The translations under genes and the position numbers were made by a program. Shown in pieces: positions 1-10,800 of a stretch of 41,140 bases of DNA; within the stretch, counting starts at the first letter, position 1; the number at the start of each line of letters is the position of its first letter. This stretch comes from Hydrurus foetidus (lineage: Eukaryota), in NCBI GenBank assembly GCA_900617105.1, contig UYFQ01000174.1, positions 1 to 41,140 of the forward strand, given 5' to 3'. The notes below the pieces were generated by a model. It ran no database searches and had not been told where the DNA came from. It saw only the letters and a list, made by a program, of their open reading frames with translations.

Positions 1-207
1 TGTAGTCCGGATAGGAAGTAGGTCGATAGAAAGAAGGTGTTAGTTAGTTACAGGCTCTAAGCTAGAAGCTAGGATAACTTCTACGAGTAGGCTAGAGCTA
101 GCTAGCAGCTGCGCTAGAGATGTATGTGTACAGTAGGCGGTAGGATCGGATGGATCGGGACTAGGTCCGGTACGGCCCGTAGGCCCGGTATAGCCGGTCC
201 GACCACA
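1..207 (-). repeat. 3' LTR of E1
   Basis: TGTAGTCC...GACCACA; near-identical to 6553-6759; abuts the PPT. Confidence 0.95.
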
Positions 208-221
208 TCACCCCCACTTAT
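208..221 (-). other. Polypurine tract of E1 (ATAAGTGGGGGTGA)
   Basis: Purine-rich tract immediately before the 3' LTR. The same ATAAGTRGGGG core precedes the LTRs of E3, E4 and E5. Confidence 0.85.
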
Positions 222-443
222 CTTTTTTCTGAAGAAAAAGAACCTATGACGCGACCACCACGTTTTGTACAAAAATCTAATACAACTAAAACTAACTAAA
301 GGAAGAATAAAGAAAAAGATTACAAATATGTAAATCTCATAATACATTGAAATGTATAAAAATAAAAATCTATACAAATAGACTGGGTGGTGGGTCGGTC
401 AAGGTGATAAGGTGGGTGCCTAGTACCATGTACTTGCGCACGA

Positions 444-545
444 GACCTCGATACGTAATTATGTCAGATTTTTACTGACTAAAACCATAAAACCTCATAG
501 AGGGAAAATTAGGAAAAATCTTCAAAAGATAATACGTTCGAGATC
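444..545. ncRNA. Conserved structured 3'-UTR element, E1 copy
   Basis: TTATGTCAGATTTTTACTGAC...AATCTTCAAAAGATAA core inside a closing stem; shared with E3, E4 and E5, with compensatory stem changes. Confidence 0.65.
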
Positions 546-551
546 AGCAAC

Positions 552-3500
552 TTAGGCTGATGTCTCAATGTTTTTGGGAATGAAATGTTTCATTTTATTA
601 TCCCGTAAATAATCATGGAGTGCTTCACAGAGCCGTAGTGATTTCCACGGCTCCCATGTATTATGAGAGTCATCGTAGTTGAGCCATTTAACATGGAACG
701 ACATTGTAGTCGGTTTCTTGGTGTCACCAGCGTGACCCAGAACTTTCTCAACCACGAACTCCATGTAATCGCGACGAGCAGTGTCAGCAGGTATATCTAC
801 CTCTGGGTCATAATTGAATATTTTCAAATTTTTGACATGAACACTTCGTGTCTTGTGGTTTACAAGATTAGCGAGAACGTACTCGGACCCCTTAAAGGAG
901 ACAATACAGTAAGGGCCATGCCACTTAGTATGTAATCGAGTTGGAGGTCGATCAGTGTATCGGCATAAGACATATGACCCCACGGGGAACACAGTCGCTG
1001 ATTCAGCTGACGCGGCGTTTTTAGCATCCGCTTTTAACAAAGTTTGAACCGCAGTTTCAAGTACTTTGTCTTGTACACTTATCAAATCTGATATGTACGT
1101 TGATCTTGAATGTGTTCCGACACTTAAGTGTGGAGTGAGAATACCACGATTCAAATCAAGTTTGTTCCCGAACAATAAATGAGCGGGGCAGACACCTGTG
1201 CGTCTATTAACTGAACTGTTAATGATACGTTGCACGAATGGGATTGACTTAGCATATCCCTCAAGGGTTTGTTTATCAAAAACTAAACCTCTTAAGTGTC
1301 TATTCACCTCTTTGTTGACTCTTTCAACAATTGCATTCTCTTGTTTCGAGTAAGCAAGGGTGAGATTATGTGGTGTCCCACAAAGATCTAAGAATTCTTT
1401 GATCAATTCATTTGCGAAATGTGATCCTCGATCAGATCTAATCATATTTGGTGATCCAAATCGACCAAAATGCGCAAGCAAACAGTCAGCTGCTGATTTA
1501 GCATCTGCGTCTGCACACCAGAACAATTCTGTCCATCGTGTGAATGTATCGATGATGACTAGGATATAACCTTTGTCAGGAAATGGACCAATATAGTCAA
1601 CATTTAGCGTATCGAAGATAGCATAATTTGAAGTTGCAAAATGAGACGCATTGATCTTAGGATCTTTTGCACTCAACTTTTGACAACACGGACAGTTCTG
1701 TATGAACGTACGTACATGTTGTTTCATGTGTTTCCATACTTGTTGTAAACTAAACAACCGAGTAAGGGTACGGTCTACGCCGTTGTGACCGACAATTGCA
1801 TTGTGGCACATTTGAATGTATTCTAACTGATCGTCTGAAGCCGGTTCTATGACCGTCAGAGCTGATACAGTGAAAGAAGATGATGAAGTAGGAAGTAATT
1901 CCAATTCTTCTGTTCGTAACGGCAGAGCAATTTCTGTCAGATTAGGACAAAGCCTTGACAGTGCGTCTGCCAAAACATTTGAAGTACCGGGTACGAATAC
2001 CACGGTAAAATCTAGTTCTTGCATAGCAATGAACCATCTCGCCACCATTGAGGTAGGATTTTGTTTCATATATGTTATGTTCAAGTGATCCGTATGGATA
2101 GTGAACGTACGATCTCTGATTAGATAATCGAGTTGTGTACAACAATAGAAGATGGCATAAGCCTCTTTTTGTATCGTAGACCACCTTATTTGTGTGGGTG
2201 TCAACGATTTGCTAATGAAAGCAATTGGTTGCCAAATGGCACCAACAACTTGGAATAAGACCCACCGATACCAAAGTCGGATGCGTCTGTATACAAGCGG
2301 ATGTCTAACTTATTGTCATCAATGAAGTACATTAATGGACAACGAGATATAGCAATCTTTGTGTCAACAAATGAGTTGGTGCTCTTTTGAGTCCAAACTA
2401 CAGCAGAACGTCTCGGAGCAGAGTGATCAATCATATCCTGCATTGGCTTAACCAAAGTGGAATGCATTGGTACAAACTGTCGAAAATAGTTCGCTAAACC
2501 TAAAAATGACCTGAGTAAGGTTAAATTTTTAGGTATAGAAAAGTTTAAAACTGTTTCTATCTTCTCTTTTGACATGGATAAACCATCTTTGTCAACGACT
2601 CTGCCAACGTATTCAATACGTGGAAGGCCGAAACGGCATTTTTTAGCTTTGAGTCTTAGACCCTTAAGTCTAAATCTTGCAAAAACTTTTTCAAGTTAGT
2701 AAGAAACTCTGCTTCACCCTTGCCATATACTATACAATCGTCGAGATACATCTCGCAACAATGATAGATAAGGCCATAGAGGACCGCCGTTACCATCTGC
2801 TCTTGAAAGTAAGAGGGGGCTCGACACGGACCAAAGGGCAGTCTCGTAAACTGAAATACCCCCGCAAAGCATATGAATGCCGTAAAAATGCGGTGTGCGG
2901 GGTGTAACGGTGCTTGATGGTAACCAGCGGTTAAATCCATCACACCAAAAATATCCGGTTTTTTATTACCGATCCTCTCAAAGAGGTGTTTGATATTTGG
3001 TAACGGGAATGAGGCCGGCTTAAGACACCTATTAAGTGGCCGGTAATCGATGCAGGTTCGAAATTTACCGGGTGACTTAGTTACTATTACAGGATGACTG
3101 TAATAAGCGGCATCTGATCGCTCTATAACCCCTGATGCAAGCATCTCGTCAAGGTTTTCTTTGAGAGCAACCTCTTTTGTTGATGACTGGGGACGTACCG
3201 GCGTACGGTTTTCGTCTTTTTCCCACAACTCAAGTGGGATGTTAATCTCAAAGGGTTTAAGTGACGCTGGTTTCTCAGCTAATTGATCACTGAAGATGTC
3301 TGAATATTCAGAACAGAGCTCTCGGAGCTTCCTTTGAAAGCTTTCATCTCCTTCAAAGGTAATCTCTTTGAGGAAATCCTCTGGCCCTTTGGGCAAGTCA
3401 TCTTGACTAGGTTTCTCCGCCAAGAAGGGGGCAAACGTATCTATCTTGCCATCGTCAATCTCGTCAACTGAGAGTGCGACACCACTGGGCCATAAAGGCT

Positions 3501-5990
3501 CAGTGACATAGTCTAAGGTATCAGAGTCCTCAGAAGTGTTTGTAGGGGTGGGAATCTGGTCGCCACCTAGGTGCGGTGTATCACCCGTACGTTTTGCGAG
3601 AATAGTAGTGACACTATTCAGTCGCTCACAACCTACAACACCACAGGGATCTTGGGTCATGACTCCCTCGATTTCCATCTGAGTATCGTTACATGTCGAC
3701 ATTGTATGGACACAAGAGACGTTGCTCTTCGAAGAAGATTGACCATGCAATATGCTCTTCTTGTTTGGATACTCGAAGATCCGTGTGTTTCTCTCTTTTT
3801 AGAGGGTGGTTTACCGCCTGGATATTTCAGCTTGTCGTAGTGAGGTGTTAAAGACTCGACTACGGCTGTATCAGGTTCGGTACCCAACGCTATCATACGA
3901 CGCGTATATTTGTGTTGAAACAACGGATCGAGTTTATCCAAAGCTTCTTTTCTTTCGAATTCGCGTCTGCGAGCATCGCTCTTTCTCTTATTCTCAGCAC
4001 TTAGCTCAGGAGAAATGCCGAATGCAAACGGAGTTAACGTCCAAAAATCATACTTATTTACCGTTTCACGGCTAAATAAAATGTCGATGTCGGTTTTCCG
4101 ATTGACCCTCATGGGTAGGCTGATGCTATGGCATTCACCATCGTAAGAATGAAAAAGGATTTTTAAATCGCAAATTTCGTTATTTAGGTAACATTGGCCA
4201 TCGAGACCGCTACAAACAGTTATGGCTTTAAGAGCAGGATAACATAAGTGAGTAGCATTTAATTTTTCAATCATGTCATATGAAATAAAATTATCGGAAT
4301 AATTGGCCGTATCCATTACGGCCTTCCCCGCGGCGCGCAGCTCGCTAGCTGGGCCTGTCCTGTCCTTATCCTGCACAATAACCGTAACGTTAAGGTGGTG
4401 AGAAGCGAGGGTGGAAGGGGTATGTAAAAATTCTTCACGAATAGGTACAAGTGGCTGCACTTCGAGATGATCATCAGTCAGATTAAAGACATCATCATCG
4501 AATGTGGCAGCCACACAGTCATGGGCAAGGTTCTTACCCTGGTTTTGTCCCGGCTGAGTGTTGGGAGGAGGGTTGTGTCCCTGCGGGGGGTTGTATTTAC
4601 CCTTACCGCCGGACCCACGGCCCTGGTATTGGTTCGCATTGGGGTTTTGATGGCCCCTTTGCTTTCCTCTACCACCCCCCTGGTTACCCTGGTTACCATA
4701 ACCAGATTGGTTCTGGGAGTTTCCTCCTTGACCCTGGTTGGAACGATCTGAACCATCCGAGGTGTTGGAGTGGTTCCCAGAACCATGGCTGTTCTTGGCG
4801 CGCTTGTTGTCGTTACACATCAAGTAAGGTTTAGAACCTCTGGGGTAGAACTGAACTCGTTCCTCGTATCCAGGAAGGACGAGGTTGAGTTGCCATTCAG
4901 AGTACCCCACCGCGGCCCAAGCCATCCCCACTGTAGAACTCTCCCACTCAACTTGGTGATTCGTGTTGGAGTCGGAGTAGTACAGGATGGGGCAGTCTGC
5001 CAACGTGTGCGACGTAGCTCCGCACGACCGGCACGGACGAAACATCGGTACGAGCGGTACTTCCGTGGAAGCACGGACAGAGAGTCCGTGCTGCGTCGGA
5101 ACGTACGAGCTAGGGGTACGCACAGTAGCAGTGACTGATCTCGACGAAGCGGAGGGTGTAGGTGAGGGTGCTTTAGCACTCGCTCTACTCGTTTCCTTCT
5201 TACCAACGTCTGGTGGAACTGCTGATGCAGGAAACGAGTACACCGTGTCCGGGTTGCCATAGCTTTTGATGAGGTTCATCATTGCCCTAGCCTCGGCAAG
5301 AACCTGACCAATGCGTAGCATAGTCGAATACCACGTATGAGGTGGGGTATTGTCAGCAGCTTTCGCTTTCAGGTAATCCTGTTGGATTTGACTACCCTTG
5401 GCTAGGCGCTTCTCCAAAATCAATATGAGCTCAGCATGCTGAGTCTCTGATAATGGTCCCTTAGACCTCTCATAAGTGCTCACAAGTTCGTTGTAACGTA
5501 CGAATGTGGCATTCTCATGATCGTGGTTAGCGATCTGATAATGGAAGGGAACTTGGCTAAAGCTCTCTGCCAGAGTACATTCTCCCAAACCATTTGGCGA
5601 GAAGTACTTTATTATCAGTTTGGCTACCTGAAGTACCGACAATTTAGTCTGCCAATCATGGCGTTGTCGTCTATCGATGATGTTAAATTCAGGATCGATC
5701 ATGATCCTGAAATTAAGTAACTCGATTGCCTGCTTCTGCATGCAATCGGTTAGCTTCATCAACGGGTACCTCTGAGCCTGTTCGTAGAACTCAGTCGCAT
5801 CAGCTTCATCAATGAAGTTATGCCTGAGGACGAACACCTCACCCTGGAGTTGCATCGTCGAGGGGAAAGCTGGGAACAGCGAGTTCGACATTGAGATAGT
5901 CGAATCGTTGAGCGCGGCTAAAGCTGCCAGACGTGCAATCTCCTCCTCGTCCGGATTCGGATCAGGGTTTGGGTTAGGTGGTGATGACAT
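552..5990 (-). pseudogene. E1 gag-pol polyprotein (Gag with CCHC knuckle, protease, RT, RNase H, integrase, chromodomain), broken by three frameshifts
   Basis: Motifs: CRSCGATSHTLADC; VMDTANYS (protease); YLDD (RT); YTDASDFGIG (RNase H); HHCC and D,D,E (integrase); WLNYDDSHNTWEP (chromodomain). Frame breaks near 3750-3800, ~2690 and ~2262; the last two are 1-nt deletions relative to E4. Confidence 0.93.
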
Positions 5991-6552
5991 GTCTAATCAC
6001 TTATCGATGTAAATCTCACTGAAAGTCAATGGAGATCGATAACCCCTGCTCAGAAAAATTTTTCAAGAGCTTCGCCTCGTTCGCAAACGGGTACTGTAAC
6101 GTCAGTAACAACGAATAAAGCAATTCTAACCAACTCTTGAACTGAAAAGTTCTATGGCGTGAAAGCCAAATTTAGAGTGGTAGAAAATATGAGTGACCGT
6201 TAAGGTCAAAGACGTTGCTCAACGTCGACGAAAAGAAGTCTATAGACTAACTTTGTGTCTCTGGTGATGAATCTGTGATTCGATCGACCAGCGGAGCAAG
6301 TCTAAAATGACTTTTGGGAAGGATAAATCAACTTCGACCAAAATGTCAAGTTTGGAAGAGCCCAATGCACGGGGATTCCAAGAAAGCAGTTAATCTGACT
6401 TTCTCTAACTTAGACTAGGTCTTCTGAGCCAATGGCTGCAGAAGAAAACGGCTCGAAAGTCGTTGAGCGAAGGCTCAGAAGTCTTATCTACAGGTTGGGA
6501 CGAGTAGATGGAATGAGAAGTAGCAGAAGAAAGAGTGGACGAATAGCGCTAT
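5991..6552. other. Highly structured ~560-nt 5' leader of E1
   Basis: Near-continuous inverted repeats, e.g. TTATCGAT/ATCGATAA, GAACT-GAAA-AGTTC, GACGTTG/CAACGTC, AGTCTAA/TTAGACT enclosing a multibranch, and CTTCTGAGCC/GGCTCAGAAG. Confidence 0.6.
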
Positions 6553-6759
6553 TGTAGTCCAGATAGGAAGTAGGTCGATGGAAAGAAGGTGTTAGTTAGT
6601 TACAGGCTCTAAGCTAGAAGCTAGGATAACTTCTACGAGTAGGCTAGAGCTAGCTAGCAGCTGCGCTAGAGATGTATGTGTACAGTAGGCGGTAGGATCG
6701 GATGGATCGGGACTAGGTCCGGTACGGCCCGTAGGCCCGGTATAGCCGGTCCGACCACA
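6553..6759 (-). repeat. 5' LTR of E1
   Basis: 207-bp copy of 1-207. Confidence 0.95.
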
Positions 6760-7872
6760 GTGAGTGTACCGAATGAGTATGTATTTTTTTTATTAACGAT
6801 TTGATTTCAACGAAAATCACTAAGATCAACATAGCAGCATATATAAAGAAATTGAGCTGTAAAATTTGAGTGTTGGATCATTATTCAGGTCGTTGTCAGT
6901 ATTTAAGTGGATGATTTTAGTGACTATAATGATGACAATATTTCAGTATTTTTGGAGAGATGGAGAGCAAGTTGATTTCGGTTGGAAAATTCTGCATCAT
7001 TATTGTGTTCACCTTCCAGTGAATCCATCGAAAAAGTTTCGAGTAGATGTCTTCTAATTGTTTCTCTATGCTCCTCAAAATGCTGCAAAAATACAGCAAA
7101 AATGACTTATTAGGAGTCACACCACTTTTCAGGGAAGCATTATATTGCACTATAACTTCAGATTATGAGAGATAAGTAGTCTGAGTGATGATATGAGCAA
7201 TAACATTGGCAAAAGAAGGCGTTCTATGAATCATTCTGGGGCAGTTTTGAAGGCACCAAATTATGGCAGTTTTGAATTCGATCTCACTTAAAATTGCGTG
7301 AAATTCAAAATTTCTTCGCGCGCACAGCGTTGAAGACCTCTGACTCTGCAAATCGAAAAACTTTGGAAATCGATTCTACAGCCTTGATGTTGTAACTATG
7401 TGAGTTGAGTTGTCGAGTGACATCTCATCGAGATTGCGATTCCATTTTTGTGGGGGGGTTTTGGGATTCCACGAGGTTTTGGGACTGGCGGGATATGTGA
7501 CTTCTAATACCATACCGTAAAGAATTAAGTGATGACACTTTTAATGGTGTACTATAATATTGGATACTTGCTTCATTTTCCAAGCAATGCACCCAAAGTG
7601 AGGAGTTGTTCGAGTTTCGAGTTGAGGTAGACCTATAGTTGTAATTTGTAGGGAGCTGAATGTTGGAAGTTGACGGAGTACTGAGGGCAACAAGAACAGA
7701 TAAGAATATATGGTTAGAATGTCAGGGGATATGTTAAGTCATCGCATGCATGGATCGATCTAACTTTGAAGAGTCAGGCACAAACCACTACTCAGCTGAT
7801 CTAAGAGCGTTAGGCATCTTAACTTCGAAGCAAGCTCAACATCGACATTAACGGAATTAGCTTCTTGCCTCA

Positions 7873-10800
7873 ATGTCCCTCTTACCATCTCATCATGATC
7901 AATTTCGATCGAAAGAATACTGGGACCGTTTCTTTCTCGAGAGGGGTGGTGAACAATTCGAGTGGTATGGCACTTACGAGGAAATCAAGGTCGGTAGCCT
8001 GGGCGTTACCGCATTGCAAATGCAATGGATAGCTGACGTCGACAACTGTTTATCCAGCGCTACTGCAGAAGTAAATCATAACCATCACACTATTGGCAGG
8101 TACATGTAGGTCGAACAGTACTGAAGAAAGATCGCATCTTGATCATCGGATGTGGGAATTCTGAGATATCAGCAGACTTTTTCGACAATGGTTATCAGTC
8201 CATAACAAACATTGATTTCTCTCCTCTCGTCATAGAGGAGATGATAACGAAGAACACTCAGAGGTATTATGATGTTTTGAATAAAATGGCCCACTTTGTG
8301 CAGTTCGCTGCATTGAGCTGAAGTCACTGAATTGGAATGAGCATAACATGGCAGTCTGTTTATTTTGGATGTGCAGGCCAGCGATGAAGTGGCATATCGG
8401 GGACATGACATGCATGCCTGAGTATGAAGACAGCGCGTATGATGTTGTGTTTGACAAAGGGGCACTAGATGCTCTGATGAGTGAAGACACGCCTGCTGTG
8501 ATTGAGAAGGCTGGAGTCATGTTCGCAGAGATCTCAAGGCTTCTGTCTGAGAAGGGAAAGTACATCTGCATCACTCTAGCGGAGTCGTTTATCTTAAAGA
8601 CTCTATTAGCCCACTTTACAGCTCTGAATTGGAACATTACAGTAGAGACGGTGCAAGGAAAGAAGCCCTCTCCATTTAAGCCATTCTATGTCGTGATATC
8701 CAGACATGGCTCACTTGGCAGAACAATAGATCTCATGATCGATTCTTTAGGAAACGCTTCAGTGCCGAGACAAGTCTCTTCTACAGTGGCTATGGAAGAG
8801 GTACAGTACATGTCAAATAAAACAAGTTTTATCTCTGTTTTCTAAAATGTTTTTTCTATCGTATAGTCTGACTGATCATCATTTTTCTGAAACTCGTCAT
8901 CCAAATTTCCGACACTTCTAATGCAGGATTGAAATGTGCACCATTTTCTTCCTTTCATTTTTCCACACTTTTCTGAACATAACTTGCTTTCTAATTATCT
9001 GTTCCAATGTAGATACCCCGCATTCAAGAATTCAATCAAAAAAGATTCGAACTCGGTGCAGTACGTGTGGGGCGATTTGAACTGTTAGACTTCATGGCAC
9101 CTGTCATCCTCTCCCTCTCTCTCTCTGCATCAGAAGGGAAGACAGGAGGGGAGGGGGAGATACCGAGATTCTCCGTGACTCTGTTGGATGCGTCTTACAA
9201 AGCCGCGAGGTGTCTAGCAGTGACAGCGATTTCAACGATATATTGGCTCTCATCAACTCAATAAATGCCCACCAGCACCCCACCTAATGCCTATCATGAC
9301 AGACACTACAGCAATGACAATAAGTGATTCACGATGAGTACTGTGTCATTGTTCGATTGTGACTGACTGGCCATATCAACTCCATCTGTCTTGATAATTT
9401 ACGGCATACAGCACAACTTGAACTCCTCCTTATCCTACCCTACCCTCCGCTATTCCATCTCTCGTATACTCCCTAATTCCATATCATGCATCATCTTCCA
9501 TTCCTTGCTTTATGTTTTGTCACCTATCGCTTCTCTTCTGTACTCTTCATGAATCCAAGATCCCTCGCGTTAGATACTACAACACCTCTTAAGTCACTCA
9601 CTGATTTACTCTCATGCATTCACTTACTCGTTTACTCTTTCCTCCTTCATTCACTCCCTCTCACTTACTCACTCACTCACCCACTCTTCCTCTTCTTAGA
9701 TCGTGTGTTGTGTTTTTCGTCCCTCCGGGGCGGGAATCTGAGTTCCAGTTCTCCACCCAGACGGGCCTACAGGGCATAGCCGAACAGGCACAGTGCAGGT
9801 ACAGAAATGTGATGCAATATAGTATTTTTACAAGCCCGATTTCGTAAACTACGACTTCTTGTCTTTTGTGCACTCAAATTCACTGTTATCGCACGCTGCT
9901 CAATCCGTGTGGAGCGGTAAATGAGTGAAAACGGTATGCAAAAACACTCCAACGTCACTCTTTCTTCGAGTTGAAAGCACGTGTTATTATGTCATGTTAT
10001 GATATGAGATAACGTCAAGTGTTACGTCAACAACGTCATAAGTTCCTGCGCAAGAGCATGACTCGCTTCTCAGGTTCCTCACAACCTTGTAATTCAACAT
10101 TATTTGACTTGTTCATTCATTCTTCTCAGACGTCTGCTAGCAGTGCGATGTAACCGCCCTCATTTATTCCCTGAAATGAAAGAGCTACAGAACGAATTGT
10201 CCCCAATCGCTAACAGTCTAAAACCCAGGTGCACTATGTAGTTGCGGTCGAAGTCATAACTAAACATGAACACTATTTTTTGACCATATAAATGACCGCT
10301 GAGAACAACGATTCCCACTCCTACATTCGTCAGAAATGCTTTATGGAAATCCTCCAAAGCGCTGTTTTGTTCTGACTTCCACAACGTCACACCACTTATT
10401 CTCGTTGAGCGTGATTTGATGATCTCTGAGATCAATTTAGTCACTTCAATTTGTTTCTCACCGCGCTGTTCCGTGCTGTTGTTGTGCACTGTACTCAGAT
10501 GTTGCCATCCTCGCAAGTGCTACGTCATAATCTGATCTGACACATTGTGCTGTGCTGTGCTGTACTGTGCTGTGGTGTGCTGTACTGTACTGTGCTGTGG
10601 TGTGCTGTGCTGTAGTGTGCTGTGCTGTAGTGTGCTGTGCTGTGGTGTATGTTGCTATCGTCTGACATGACTGCACTTCACTTTAACTGACCAGCTGTCG
10701 TCGCATCTGCTGAACCTTCTCCTCAATATCTGAAGACTTCACATCATGCCATGTCATGTCATGTCATGTCATGGTGTTACTGTCCAGCACGTCTAATATT

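Larger units (their letters stand above)
1..6759 (-). mobile_element. Full-length Ty3/gypsy (chromovirus-type) LTR retrotransposon E1
   Basis: Two 207-bp direct repeats with TG...CA ends (1-207, 6553-6759; 2 mismatches seen). Internal order is gag-PR-RT-RH-IN-chromodomain, with a PPT next to the left LTR. The left flank is outside the window, so the TSD (right flank GTGAG) cannot be confirmed. Confidence 0.97.

Noticed and set aside
114..377. Hydrophobic 87-aa ORF after E1 pol as an env-like gene (likewise 40742-40933 in E5)
   Set aside because: It is a by-product of a T-rich 3' UTR, runs through the PPT into the LTR, and is not conserved in E4.
459..532. Hairpin-ribozyme loop A resemblance (UGAAG / CUGAC) in the 3'-UTR motif
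   Set aside because: No loop B consensus (AGAAACA / GUAUAUUAC) is present.
6655..6670. Tf1-style self-priming for E1 via TAGCGC in the LTR
   Set aside because: Only 6 contiguous nt pair, and the match does not reach the LTR boundary.
8058..8070. 13-nt micro-exon in METTL13
   Set aside because: It would need a 39-nt intron, whereas the acceptor at 8099 gives a simpler in-phase join.
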